The notes under the pieces: generated by a model
Told to the model about the DNA's origin: nothing
Seen by the model: the letters and a program-made list of their open reading frames with translations, nothing else
The model's database searches: none
Source of the DNA: Eledone cirrhosa
Taxonomy: Eukaryota
Reading direction: 5' to 3'
NCBI GenBank assembly: GCA_964016885.1
Contig: OZ024743.1
Span: forward strand, 109,554,001 to 109,618,000
Length of the DNA stretch: 64,000 nucleotides
Made by a program: the position numbers and the translations under genes
In this document: positions 40,718 to 54,410 of the stretch, piece after piece
Numbering within the stretch: the stretch's first letter is position 1
Layout: every line of letters starts with the position of its first letter

Positions 40718-41123
40718 AAAAGAATAGAGGTGTAACACACGAGTTATGATATATTGGTAAAAAGAAAAGAAAATGGTGACAAATTGTTCCAAATGAAAAA
40801 TAGTTTAATTAGGAATAAGTAAAAATTAGTAATAGTATTGGTTAGTATTCAGTTTTGGTTTTAAATTTTACCGTTTGCGCATTTCTAATGCGTTTCAAAA
40901 ATAATTTTGAGATAGAGCGCCCGTGATGTTTGTCTAATCTGATTAGAGCAAACATCACGGGCGCTCTATCTCAAAATTATTTTTGAAAAGCATTAGAAAT
41001 GCGCCACCGGTAAAACTTAATACCAAAACTGAATACTAACCAATACTATTACTAATTTTTACTTATTCCTAATTAAACTATTTTTCACTGGGAACAATTT
41101 GTCAGCATTTTCTTTTCCTTTTA

Positions 41124-41130
<7 letters not shown>
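40718..41130. mobile_element. Fold-back PLE-like fragment (family D), ~190-bp arms, in (TA)n
   Basis: Near-perfect palindrome centred ~40940; second family copy at 47918-48145; 3'-half HHR-like GAAAGATTTGTC|AGCA in that copy. Confidence 0.72.
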
Positions 41131-41190
<60 letters not shown>

Positions 41191-41549
41191 AAATAAACGA
41201 GCATGGGAATGTATATTTTAAAACTGTTTAGTTATATATAGCAATATATATACCTGAGGCACACGAAATGTTGTAAAATGTTGGAACATGTAAAACATGT
41301 AACATGTTGGAACATTATGCGATTTTATTTATGTGAATACAATAATGTAGGAGTTTAGAGGATAGACAACATTTCGGAAGCAAAAATAACTAAATATATA
41401 TAATACATAAAATAATCAATATATTTGCTGGAAAATCCCCAATTTTGCTGCAAATGATACTTCAGCGGATATATCGTCCATACAATGTATGTGCTTTGTT
41501 AATAACTACAAAAAGAAGTAATGTTCTGCGGCTCAAAATATCGGTTTAT

Positions 41550-41675
<126 letters not shown>

Positions 41676-41759
41676 ATATAATTATATAAGCCATATGTAT
41701 AAGCTTATGAGGACCACATCCTCACATAATCCCATAAGTACACACACACATATGTATGA

Positions 41760-41814
<55 letters not shown>

Positions 41815-41817
<3 letters not shown>

Positions 41818-41868
41818 ATCATAATAAATTTGAAGACTCAAATCCCAAGAGGTTATTTTAATAAATAT
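41815..41868. mobile_element. 54-bp family B mini-insertion (tail + 17-nt inverted arm)
   Basis: GTAATCATAATAAATTTGAAGACTCAAATCCCAAGAG + GTTATTTTAATAAATAT between (TA)n. Confidence 0.75.
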
Positions 41869-41869
41869 A

Positions 41870-41915
<46 letters not shown>

Positions 41916-41933
41916 CACAGAAAATAAGAGAAT

Positions 41934-42274
41934 CAGTGTTGCGACGAATGGAATTTATTGGACATGTTACAATCGTTTCTCTGGCGAACAGCTCGAGGCA
42001 CGATCGATGTGATTATCGAACCTGACTCTGAAGATCGCAAGGTACTCAGATACGTCTTGATTCTATGAAGCAGATATTCCTATCTGCTTCGTAGAATCAA
42101 GTCGTATCTGAAGACTTTGCGATTTTCAGAGTCAGGTTCGCCATGACATCGATCGTGCTTTGAACTGGTCTCCAGAGAAACGAATGTAATATGTTCAATG
42201 AATTCCATTCGTCACAACACTGATTCTCTTTTTCTCCGTGATATCATACTCTGCTCTATCATCCAACACCAATT
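41934..42274. mobile_element. Fold-back PLE pLTR fragment (family G) in (TA)n
   Basis: Palindrome centred ~42079; right arm has an extra tail. Confidence 0.78.
42103..42193 (+). ncRNA. Type-I hammerhead motif with 62-nt stem II domain (partly decayed)
   Basis: CGTAT-CTGAAGA-CTTTG...CAGA-GAAACGAATGTA|ATATG. Confidence 0.65.
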
Positions 42275-42303
42275 ATATATATATATATATATCATCCAAC
42301 ACC

Positions 42304-42547
<244 letters not shown>

Positions 42548-43688
42548 AAATATATATATATATATGCATGTGTGTGTATTTGTTTTGCCCGCATATAATG
42601 TTCGTATTTCATATACTGGTATATGTAAATTCACCGAGATTAGTTGTTAGGAAGATTGACTCAATAGCGTAATGTTGCGAATGTAATTGCCAGTTGTATT
42701 TGTGTTTTTAATTAAGACACTATATATTCCTTTTCACCCTGGCATATATTTGGTCAGCTTGAAACCACCTCAAAATTCAATCCGGACGCCAAGCTAGATT
42801 ACATGAAATATTTTATTGCGAAGATACATTGTCCGGATTCACATCCTTCAGTGGCTGGATCTAAGATTCTCTCAGTTCCTCAGTTCGGTTATTTTGAAAT
42901 GAAAACCGGTATTAGTTTCATCGTTCTTTCATAAAATAGTTCGAAAAAAAGGGGTAATAATTATTCAATGGTGAGGATTGTAAAAGGAGTGAAAAGAGGA
43001 GGGGAGGAAGATAATTTATGTCATGTTTATATTTCATTGGAAGCGTAAAAATACGCGTGTGTTAAATGCAATCAGGTGGAGTTCGTTATAATGAGACATT
43101 ATGTGGTGTTTGTGTGTAGAGAGGCAACCGGTGTGGCTTATTCAATGATAATTAGAGAATATCTCACGAATAAATATCAGAAACCTTCACTTTCCGAATG
43201 CTTCATGAACATGTTTGAAGCATGCAACATTCACAAACATTGCGGCACTACATAAATGGTGGTTACTGAAAAACTTAACACCGTAGATTAACGGATAAAA
43301 CACTTGCTATTTACGAAAGGCAGAAAAATAGAATATACTTGCACAACACGTTTCTAAAATGAGATGGCTGAACATCAAGATGAATTTCTTCAATAATTGC
43401 CGAGCTGAAACAAACTTTTTCCATGGGTATGATCTAAGATGGAATAAAATCTATTTAATATCTCTCTTATGTAAATACGCTGTGCATGTAAATTGGTAAA
43501 ATATTATTAGAGTTCTCTCCCTTCGCCTTATACTCTTTACTATAAACCCGTAAAAACTGAACTTTTGTTCACTCCTCTGAGCTTTAGACATCGCCTAAAT
43601 GACCTATAAACTCCCTGGATGTAATTATATGGCAACATGGCTGAATGAATCAGTTGGCATTAGGCTAACGAAACTCGAGTATTTAATA

Positions 43689-43767
<79 letters not shown>

Positions 43768-43769
<2 letters not shown>

Positions 43770-43828
43770 TCTTTTACTCTTTTACCTGATTCAGCCATCC
43801 GGCTGAGACCATGCTGGGGCACCGCCCT
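43768..43828 (-). mobile_element. SINE/LINE 3'-tail fragment in (TA)n
   Basis: Minus GGCGGTGCCCCAGCATGG..hairpin CAGCC/GGCTG..GTAAAAGAGTAAAAGAG, typical of an L2-type SINE tail. Confidence 0.5.
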
Positions 43829-43891
43829 ATATATATATATATATGTGTGCGTGTGTGTGTGTTTCTGTCTCTGTGTGTATACACACACACA

Positions 43892-43932
<41 letters not shown>

Positions 43933-44461
43933 CACACATGCAGGCATAGAAACAAACATGCACAGATATATACATACTGGACTACGTTATACCATACCTT
44001 CATACATATATACATACATATAGGCATGCATGCATAAATACATGCATACATGCATGCATACAAGCATACATACATGCATGCATACATATATACATCCGTA
44101 TTACGTTGCATTACTTTAATTATTACTCTATTGCAATTTTTCAGACTGGTGATTTCAATTATAAATTCTTGTTTATTTTCACCCAATTTTCATTCCAACT
44201 TTATCTTAATTTTATTCTAATTGCTCATGCTCTCTCTTGGTTGTTTCTTGATGTCATCTTATGTCTTCATTGCGTTCATTAATTCTTCACAATATTTAGT
44301 TACGCAAATAAATGTAAAATAAATAAGAATCATTAAGAAAGTAACAAAACATTCAATAGCGTACAGGAACAAACTTCGTACACAACCTTATTTATTTAGT
44401 TCTTTATGAATTTAAATATATATAAAAAATATATATATATTTAAATTCATAAAGAACTAAA

Positions 44462-44506
<45 letters not shown>

Positions 44507-45706
44507 TTGTGTGTGTGTGTATGTATATGTCAATATGAGTGTGCGATGGGGAAATTTAGATCCTATTTATTCTCTTTTCGCGCGAAAATAATGAAAAAAG
44601 AAAACACACCCTAAAACGTTTAACAAAAGCAAACGAACAATCATTGCCAATATGAATGAAATACCTTTTGAAAAATTAGTGTAACTTTGAGTAAAACATG
44701 AACAGTGACAATAAAAAAATATATTAGAAGAAATATAATGAAAATAAACCTGTTGTGTTGACGAAGTTGTTTCCTGTCATAAAATAGAATGCATATGGAT
44801 TGGTAGGAGTTTGAGAGATATTGTTGAAATACAATGAAATGAAAGCAGAAGGCGAAAGACATAAATGAAAAGAAACGAAAAGCAACATATGTTTTAAAGA
44901 ATATTCAACGGCAAATAAATAAATTAATATGTAAAAATATAAATAAACAATCTGGTAAATAATGAATTTAAATAAAAAAAAAGGAAATTAATGGGAAAAC
45001 TATAAAAAAACAAAAGAGCTATTACAAAACAAGTATATTGAAAATGCTAAATGTTGAAAAATAAAACGTTGATGATGAAGCGATGAAAAGGAGAAAATTG
45101 AATGGGGAGCAAAATCAGATGTGATTCTCTGTCAAAACTATTCCGTGCAATTAATGTATTTTTTCCTATTAATGATAGAAATATTCTACACGCATGCTAT
45201 AAATGAGGCAAAGTTTAACTAAATATTTGCATTGGAATTGAAGCAAATAATTGAAAATTATGTTGACAAAATAGATCGATTCCAGTGTCACCCACCCTCC
45301 AGACTTCAACATTTTTTATTCATTTTCTCTGATTCAACGTGTTTGTATCAGTCTCTCTCTCCCCCTTATTCGCGCTCTCTAACAACATCACTCTCACACT
45401 TTCTATCACTCTTCAAATACTTATTCTCTTATAATATTGTCAATCTGTCAATCAATCATCATCGTACATTCTATACACAATATTTCTTGCTATAGCATAT
45501 ACAGTTCACACATACAAACAGGAGCACACACATGCATGCGCATATATATATATATATACAAGCAAACATACATATACAAGCATATGTACATGCACACACA
45601 CGCGCGCGCACACATACCATGTATTGAGTACTTCTCTGACTTCTAGACTTCCTCGTCCCCGTACAGCAGACTAATATTTATAGAATTACACACACACACA
45701 CACATA

Positions 45707-45768
<62 letters not shown>

Positions 45769-45770
<2 letters not shown>

Positions 45771-45903
45771 CGAAGGAAAAGTGGTAAGGAACCAGGTGGA
45801 CCATAACGCACCAAAGTACTCAATACTTAGGGTAGTAGAGTGGGTAATAGGAGTAAGTAAGACCCCGACGGCTGAGCTCAAGCCGTTTCGACGGCTAATT
45901 CTG
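45769..45903 (-). mobile_element. Family C fragment (no self-inverted arm)
   Basis: Homology; carries minus-strand GAAACGGCT..AGCCGTC|GGGG. Confidence 0.78.
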
Positions 45904-45904
45904 T

Positions 45905-46104
45905 ACATTACGGCAGATGGCAATATGTGCCTTATGAATATATATGAGCACTGTAATGTCCAGGGGGGGGGGGCAGTAGGACATTGATTTATATTAATTA
46001 GAAATACTTATATTGTAATTACGTATTGATTAACTATAGGTTCCTCTCGATACATAAATACACAAAAGGATTCCAACCATTATATATATGTGTTTGTCTG
46101 TGTG

Positions 46105-46145
<41 letters not shown>

Positions 46146-46569
46146 CTTTGATAGGTTTAGGCCAGTATTGTCCCAGGTCATGTCAACATTAATAGCACTA
46201 CCTGGCGAAGTCTTTCAAATCAGGATTTGAACACCATGGCCTATTCAATTAGAGAGTCGTTTAAGGATTTATATCGGGGTATAAGAGGTTTATCCGACAC
46301 ACACACAGGCACGCACACACACACGCCCCCCCCCCCACACACACACATACACACATATATATATATCCACACACAGACAAACACATATATATAATGGTTG
46401 GAATCCTTTTGTGTATTTATGTATCGAGAGGAACCTATAGTTAATCAATACGTAATTACAATATAGGTATTTCTAATTAATATAAATCAATGTCCTACTT
46501 CCCCCCCCCCCTGGACATTACAGTGCTCATATATATTCATAAGGCACATATTGCCATCTGCCGTAATGT
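45905..46569. repeat. ~200-bp inverted duplication (45905-46105 vs 46369-46569)
   Basis: Near-perfect reverse complements with a ~260-bp spacer. Confidence 0.92.
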
Positions 46570-47690
46570 CAAGTTGCCTAAGAATAAAAAAATGTTTAAA
46601 CGGTATTTAAATATTGCTTTAAATACGTTCAGAAAATATGTTCAGAATATCCAAATACAGTAATTAATAAAGAAAATAACAGAATCATGTACTCTACGAA
46701 AATTATAAAACATTTACAGAATTGTAGTATATACAATGGTTTTAAGGTTTTATTTTTAGCAAATGAGGATTGTTTGTGGTCTTTCTAGTCTGGAATAAAC
46801 TACATACATTTTACCATGTTAGATATTTTGTTGAATTCACTGTAATGTTTTGGGAGGCAAGTATTGTCCTTTCACACAGCTGCTATTCATTGGAATAGTG
46901 GATTTCGAATTTGGAGAGCACTTAATTTATTACGTTTACAACACTTACCTCAACATGATGAAATCTCAAAACATGCTTCAGTATAAAGGGATTGCTTTTC
47001 TTTAAATGTATCTCCAACTCAGAGTTTCCCCCCTCCCTGCCAACCACTGTTATTCGCATTGAAGCAATATCCAAGCCTAGAAAAAGGCGATTGCAAGCAT
47101 GTCCGAGGTAAGATTAGCTGAAACACACAAAAAAAAAAAGGAAAAACCCTGTGGGTAATTTTCTATCAATTTAAACGACTGAGAGGGGAATGTCTGTGAC
47201 TCCAAGGGTCCCCACACGCCCTGCCTCATGTGTCGGTAATATAAGACTTTGGCGAGTCAGTCGGATGTCAGATCAATTGAAAAAAAAAAAAAAAAAATAG
47301 AAAAGAAAATAATTCTCACAGAAGAATACTCCGAGGCTGGGAAATCCGTGTGTGCCACATCTCCTTTTCGTTTTCGGAAAAAAGGTGATTGTGAGCATGT
47401 CAGAGGTCTTATTAGTTGAAAACATTCGGAACATCTTAATTACTGCTAATCTTATGTACAGTGTGGGCCAGAATGCATTACTCACTAGATTATTTATAGT
47501 TTTATTAACACAAAATATTATAAAACGAGTTAAGGAATATAATACCATATACAGGCACAAGATAAATGAACAAGATAATGTAAACACACAAATTTACACA
47601 TTTGATTGATATGCTGCTTAGTTAAATGTGCCATGGTTAATCAAATTTAGAAAGATAAAAAAACGTGTGAGGCATATTAAGAAATAAAAT

Positions 47691-47760
47691 AATTGTTTCT
47701 ACTTTGGCACAAGGCCAGCAAATACTCAGTACATTACTGGTACTTTATTTTATCGACCGC
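47691..47760 (-). mobile_element. Meta-type SINE 3' fragment
   Basis: CTGGTACTTTATTTTATCGACC. Confidence 0.7.
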
Positions 47761-47917
47761 GTTAAGTTAAAATTATGAATTAAAACAATACAATAACAAT
47801 AAAGGAAACATGTTAAGAACTATAACTAACAAGCGAGTCATGAATTCTGACCCACGCTGTAGTGTTCTCATCGGTAAACATACAAACCTTTTTTCATAAC
47901 TCTATATATATATATTT

Positions 47918-48145
47918 AAAAAATAGAGGTGTGACACACGAGTTGTGATATATTAGTAAAAAGGAAAAGTAATGCTGACAAATCTTTCCAAGTGCAAAAT
48001 AGTTTAATTAGGAATAAGCATAAATTAGTAATAAGTATTAGTTAGTATTCAGTTATAGTTTTAAGTGTTTACCGGTTGCGCATTTCTAATGCTTTTCAAA
48101 AATAATTTTGAGATTATGTGATTTTGTGATGTTTGCTCTAATCTG
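47918..48145 (-). mobile_element. Family D fragment
   Basis: Homologous to 40718-40940. Confidence 0.75.
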
Positions 48146-48561
48146 AGCAGTTTTGGAAATTCTTCCTGTTTTATGTGAAAAAAGTGGCTTCAGATGTATT
48201 AAGATTTGGTTGGTTGTTGAATGTCACGTGAATAACCACTATAAATTTCGTGTCAATTCGTGTTGCAAAAATTCTTGTATTCAAAACAATTTTGATTGGT
48301 CGGTAGAAGTCACGTGAATGTTTAAACTGATTTTAGCGCGAACTGGTTTCGCGCCAAATATAGGTTTGTCCAAGAATGCCCTTTTCTGCTTGATTGAGTT
48401 GCAGTAATGCTGAGAGATCAACAGTTGAGATGTCTATTAAGGCAAATATGTAAGTGTGTGTGTGTAGCAAAGTGGTTCATTGTTGTGATAGTGGAAATGT
48501 GTAGTAGGAATGTGTGTACGTGTGTGAGTTGCTGATATATACGTGTGTATGCATACTAACC

Positions 48562-48693
<132 letters not shown>

Positions 48694-48807
48694 ACATATA
48701 TATGTATATATACCTATCCATTTGTGTGCGTAAGATTTAGCTATTCAGAATGAGGGGGAGATGGATCGAGTTAGAGGAGTCGTGTTTCATTATATATACA
48801 TAGCATA

Positions 48808-48970
48808 GGTGGATTGGCAGTATGGGTAGAGGGTCGGACGCAATGCTTTCCAGCATAGTTACGTCCCTTTACGATCTGAGTTCAAATCCCGCCGAGGTTG
48901 ACTTTGCCTTTCATCCTTACAGGGTCGATAAAAATAATTGCTGGCCTTGTGCCTAAAGTAGAAACAATTA
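48808..48970 (+). mobile_element. Meta-type tRNA SINE (internal deletion)
   Basis: A/B boxes and core as at 9158. Confidence 0.83.
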
Positions 48971-49850
48971 TATATATATATATATAGCATAACGAACGAA
49001 GAACTAGCTCCTAGGAGTGACAAAGTATAGTAAATTCTCCACCAACTCGACCTCAACCCCTATTGCGTTTTCGGAAAATAAATCGACAACGAGCCTCTTG
49101 AGGATCACAATATTAGGAAACCCACAATAAGTAAAAACGTACAAGCAACCAAACTTCCATTTCATTAGTATACCAGACCACCCGTGATGTGTGGGGTCAC
49201 GTTCACTCCAAAGTGTTTTTTTTAAAATCATGTTCGCTTAAAAAAGGTTTTTTTAATAATTAAAATATACACAGATATGTATATTGTGTGAAATGAAACT
49301 GGAATCCCATGTATACGTGTGTGTATGTATATATAAGTATGTGTGTGTGTATATATATATATGAATGTGTAGGTGTCAATGAACTATATACACTGGTCAT
49401 AGATACACACACTCACATATTCACACAACAACATCACCAGCTCTCTTTCATTTGTCCTTCTCTGTCGCCTCTCCCTCTATCTGTGTCTCTCTTTCAATAT
49501 ACTCTGTCACAACAACTAACTCTTTCTCGCTCTTTGTTTATGAAGGTACCCAGAAAAACCCAAATATCTCGGTAGTCCGTGGTCCTATTTACTCGAAAAT
49601 TGTTTTATTCCATTTGTGGGCATCTTCGTTTCAAAGTATTTTTCGAAGTATTTTTCCATCATGCGCCCTTTTGGCTGTATAACATTACAGACAAAGAAAC
49701 TAGTAATCACAGATGTTAGTATTATATAGATACATGTCTTCTAGAGTACTCGATATATTTCTTTCGTATGAAAGAGTTATAGACCTGCTAAAGTCACTTG
49801 TGCCCACCCACCCCGCTTCTCTCTCTCTCGCTCTCTCTCTCTCTCTGTAT

Positions 49851-49884
<34 letters not shown>

Positions 49885-49986
49885 GAGTGTGTGTGTGTGT
49901 GTGTGCATGTATGTATCCCAGGTTCAATCGGGGGTAACCACAGTAAGTAAGGTACTCAATACATACCAGAGTATAAATATTAAATA

Positions 49987-50036
<50 letters not shown>

Positions 50037-50043
<7 letters not shown>

Positions 50044-50291
50044 GAGGTTGCTTATATGCGTTCATGGGCGCTATGCCGGTTGAGCACTCTATGGGCCTTC
50101 AGAGAAGAGTATAATATTATAGAAAACGAATAATCAGTGATGCATCGAAACACAATTTATTAACATAATACAATTGTTTCTCCGGCGAACAACTCGAGGA
50201 ACGATGTATGTGTGGGTCCTAATATGTTAATATGTTAATTGTAATATGTAAGCAAATTGTGTTTCGATGTATCACTGATGCTACGTTTTTT

Positions 50292-50298
<7 letters not shown>
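50037..50298. mobile_element. Inverted-arm PLE pLTR fragment (family H) in (TA)n
   Basis: ATCAGTGATGCATCGAAACACAATTT vs AAATTGTGTTTCGATGTATCACTGAT; minus-strand GAAACAATTGTA half-HHR; related to 41934 and 53434 families. Confidence 0.65.
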
Positions 50299-50358
<60 letters not shown>

Positions 50359-50423
50359 CGTAAAATAAGAAAATCTTTTTCAAAAAATTATTAAAAATTT
50401 TTTACTTACTTACTTAAATGTTC

Positions 50424-50505
50424 ACTCCAACTAATTAGTTTCTGCAATGGGATAAAGACAGTTACGTAATCCAACTGTCGAGAATTCATTGCGTCATCAG
50501 GGAGT
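50424..50505 (-). ncRNA. Type-I hammerhead ribozyme, copy 1
   Basis: Minus: ACTCC-CTGATGA-CGCAATG...CATTGCA-GAAACTAATTAGTT|GGAGT. Confidence 0.9.
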
Positions 50506-50988
50506 CTATTCTCAGCTAAGTCTCCAGGCAATGCGCGGACACTGGCGGCTCATATAAAAATAATAATAATTCGGTAGATAGAACAGCTGGCGAGGACTGA
50601 ATTCTATGTACTGAAATCCTCACTGCTTCTAGTCAAATGGCCGATTCTAAAGAATCAATCACGTGACACAGAGGCTAGTTAGAAGGAATGGGATGGTAAG
50701 ATGACTGACGCCTACTAACACCCCCAAAAAAAATTTTTTTTTTTTAGAAGTGATTTTGGCAGGTTTGCTCGACAAATCTGTGATTTGGAGATAAATATAG
50801 ATAATTTAATATATCAACTAACATAAGCGCACAGACGCACGCCCATGTCAGCAAATACACAGGTTATGTCATAGTACCTAGGTGGTTCAATGCAGGAGGA
50901 TGCAGAACAATAATATAAAAGCCGTAAAATAAGAAAATCTTTTTCAAAAAATTTTTAAAAAATTTTTTTCTTACTTACTTAAATGTTC

Positions 50989-51070
50989 ACTCCAACTAAT
51001 TAGTTTCTGCAATGGGATAAAGACAGTTACGTAATCCAACTGTCGAGAATTCATTGCGTCATCAGGGAGT
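50989..51070 (-). ncRNA. Type-I hammerhead ribozyme, copy 2
   Basis: Same motif. Confidence 0.9.
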
Positions 51071-51552
51071 CTATTCTTAGCTAAGTCTCCAGGCAATGCG
51101 CGGACACTGGCGGCGCATATAAAAATAATAATAATTCGGTAGATAGAACAGCTGGCGAGGACTGAATTCTATGTACTGAAATCCTCACTGCTTCTAGTCA
51201 AATGGCCGATTCTAAAGAATCAATCACGTGACACAGAGGCTAGTTAGAAGGAATGGGATGGTAAGATGACTGACGCCTACTAACAACCCCCCCCCCCCCC
51301 CAATTTTTTTTTTAGAAGTGATTTTGGCAGGTTTGCTCGACAAATCTGTGATTTGGAGATAAATATAGATAATTTAATATATCAACTAACATAAGCGCAC
51401 AGATGCACGCCCATGTCAGCAAATACACAGGTTATGTCATAGTACCTAGGTGGTTCAATGCAGGAGGATGCAGAACAATAATATAAAAGACGTAAAATAA
51501 GAAAATCTTTTTCAAAAAATTTAAAAAAAAATTTTTTCTTACTTAAATGTTC

Positions 51553-51634
51553 ACTCCAACTAATTAGTTTCTGCAATGGGATAAAGACAGTTACGTAATC
51601 CAACTGTCGAGAATTCATTGCGTCATCAGGGAGT
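51553..51634 (-). ncRNA. Type-I hammerhead ribozyme, copy 3
   Basis: Same motif. Confidence 0.9.
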
Positions 51635-51696
51635 CTATTCTCAGCTAAGTCTCCAGGCAATGCGCGGACACTGGCGGCTCATATATATATATATAT

Positions 51697-51888
51697 ATAG
51701 GAACGAGTAGGACCCCGACGGCTGAGCTCAAGCCGTTTCGACGGCTAATTCTGGCGTCCAGAGTTAGTCGTCGGAACGGCTTGAGCTCAGCCGTCGGGTC
51801 TACTCGTTCCTATTACCCACTCTACTGTTCTATGTATTGAGTACTTCGGTGCGTTGTGGTCCATCTGGTTCCTTATCACATTTCCTTC

Positions 51889-51892
<4 letters not shown>
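51697..51892. mobile_element. Family C insertion with inverted arm
   Basis: Short arm begins ATAGGAACGAG; long arm ends in (TA)n. Confidence 0.78.
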
Positions 51893-51920
<28 letters not shown>

Positions 51921-51924
<4 letters not shown>

Positions 51925-52671
51925 TGAACGTTCTCTATACTGTAACCATCGTTTGAAAACGACTTTTTCTTTTTTTTAAATGCATATAATGTTACCTTTT
52001 TACACCAACGTTTGCAAATTTCTGTCTTATATGTTTATACACTAGATATGGCTTTCTATAATAATAGTACTAAACACTGTTTTTCTGGACCCCTTTAGAA
52101 ATAACCTGCTACTATAATAGCCCTAATAACTTGTCTGTGACATTGTACCACTTTGACCCCTCTAACTAAATTTTGTCCGAACAACACCACTAGAAGTATC
52201 TACTTCCCAGCCAATCTTAGCACGCCTCATTAAGCTAACTGCTGCCAAAACATTCTCTCTTCACAATCTCTACTAGTCTGACAGTCTTAAACCCTAAGAC
52301 TCCCTCCACCTTACTCACTTCCCTCTTCCCCTTCTCTTCCTACCTCCTTCTTTATGTTTTATCTAGTGTATAAAATATTTTCATATCATTCTAATACAAA
52401 GGTCTGATGACATGGTGTGTTGGCTTACAGTGTACTTTCGGTTTTTGATAATATTTGTGTATTATTCAAATAGCGAGGTTATAGGTAACTCATACACTAT
52501 AGAAACAATTGTTACCTAATAAATTCTATATACCCGCATTTCCATTTCGTAAATTGTTTCTCCATATTTTCTCCGGATTTTAAAACACACTTTATTATAC
52601 CTTGAGCAATCTCTGACGTCAGTTGACTCCATCCAATGCAACTACTTAGTAACATTGGAATACAAATTATC

Positions 52672-52676
<5 letters not shown>
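51921..52676 (+). mobile_element. 3' end of Naiad-like PLE (last GIY-YIG codons + pLTR) in (TA)n
   Basis: IERSLYCNHRLK matches the C-terminus IERSLYCNHKLK at ~39735; HHR downstream. Confidence 0.72.
52400..52517 (+). ncRNA. Type-I hammerhead ribozyme with ~91-nt stem II domain
   Basis: AGGT-CTGATGA-CATGGTGTG...TACACTATA-GAAACAATTGTT|ACCT; palindromic ACAAUUGU stem III. Confidence 0.83.
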
Positions 52677-52762
<86 letters not shown>

Positions 52763-52764
<2 letters not shown>

Positions 52765-53200
52765 CATTTAGTAATTGTTGGTTGTTTCGCCTTATAAAAA
52801 GTTGCCTCATTCTATTCTAATTCGTTGCTATATATATTTCAGTGACAGCTATTATTGGCTGTGATCCCATCACGCAGTAAGAATTAATGTAGAATAACAG
52901 ATAAACATGGTATTGTTATGTGTTCTACCCTGTTAAATCATCGATAAGTCCAGCTCCTTGGTGTGTTGTTAGTTTTTATATAAAGTTGGTTTCTTTAGGT
53001 TTCAGTCCCTTTGAGCACTAACAACACACCCAGGAGCTGGACATATCGGTGAATTAAGAGGGTAGAACACCATACAACACCATGTTTACCTGTTTTTTTC
53101 TACATTAATTCTTACTGCCTGATGAGGTCAAAGCATATAATAGCTGACACTGAAATATATATAGTAGCGAATTAGTATAAAATAAGCCAACTTTAACATG
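52763..53200. mobile_element. Inverted-repeat PLE pLTR fragment
   Basis: Arms ~52795-52972 and 53016-53196 are diverged reverse complements. Confidence 0.75.
53115..53167 (+). ncRNA. Type-I hammerhead motif with (UA)n stem III
   Basis: CTGC-CTGATGA-GGTCA..TGACACT-GAAATATATATA|GTAG; the inverted copy has a decayed core. Confidence 0.72.
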
Positions 53201-53217
53201 CTTGACATATAGATATT

Positions 53218-53407
53218 GGCGGTGGATTGGCAGTATCCGTAGAGGGTCGGACGCCATGCTTTGACGCATAGAGTTACGGCTCTTGCCATTCTGAGTTCAA
53301 ATCCCGCCGAGGTTAACTTTACCTATCATCCTTACAGGGTCGATAAAATAAAGTACCAGTAATGCACTGGGTAATTGCTGGCCTTGTGCTAAAAGTAGAA
53401 ACAAATT
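53218..53407 (+). mobile_element. Meta-type tRNA SINE
   Basis: A/B boxes and core. Confidence 0.85.
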
Positions 53408-53433
53408 ATTATTCTTATTATATATATATATGT

Positions 53434-54410
53434 ATAAAAAAACGAAAAATCAATGATGCATCTGGACTCAGTTTATGGTGTGTTACAATTGTTTCGCCGG
53501 CAGGTAGCTCGAGACATGATCACTGTATGAATCTGGCTGATTCTACGGCTGCAGGTTCCTTCCGACACAGTCAATACGTTCGGAGCAAATTTTCTCACTG
53601 GGGTGTTATCGTCAAAAAAGACCTTCAAAAAACCTCTTCCACTCTTGTCATGCCATTGGCTCTTGTTATTCTATGTCATCATAAATTCTGGTCACTATTT
53701 ACAGCTACACTGGTCATCAGCCATTTTCCGTCCGACACACTTCAATGGAGCCATGTTGGGGATGGTATCTCACACGTCTGGTCACACTCCATAGTATGTA
53801 CCCACATATACACACACACATATACACACACACGCGCATGCACATACGCATGCATGCATACACATATGCACGTACACATGTGTAGACACACATATCCCGA
53901 TGCACATATATACACGCACACACTCTGCCTCTCTTCCATAAAGCCTGGCACATCCCCATCAACATACCGACCGCCACATGCCTAATTGCTCTTGCCAAAA
54001 CAGCGCCATACATCCGGTCTCACACGCAAGTATATGCGCACACACGGGAAGACACACACGTCCACGCATATAAAAACACATACGGCGTTCGGGTACATCA
54101 GCACATATATACACAAACACTCTCAGACACATACATGGATACACACGCACATACACGCATATCCTTATGGATAGACATCAAGAACAGACACACTTCAAAA
54201 TACATATAGCACACATACACACACATACACACACCTGTACATATATCTACACACAAGTACATGTACCCGCATATAAACACATAGACAAACACGGTCCTAT
54301 GTGGGTGTACATACGCACTCCCCACCCACACACACCCACTGACAGATACACACACCATATATATATATATGAGTATACATAGACACACACACATATACAC
54401 ACGCATGCAG
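53434..54410 (-). mobile_element. PLE 3' region (TG-rich spacer + pLTR), inverted partner of 62413-63440
   Basis: Reverse-complement homology over ~1 kb; HHR-like motif at 53480-53568. Confidence 0.8.

Larger units (their letters stand above)
50353..51682 (-). mobile_element. Retrozyme-like tandem array: 564-565 bp non-coding unit, ~2.35 copies, three HHRs, flanked by (TA)n
   Basis: HHR starts at 50424, 50989 and 51553; units nearly identical; no credible ORF. Confidence 0.8.
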
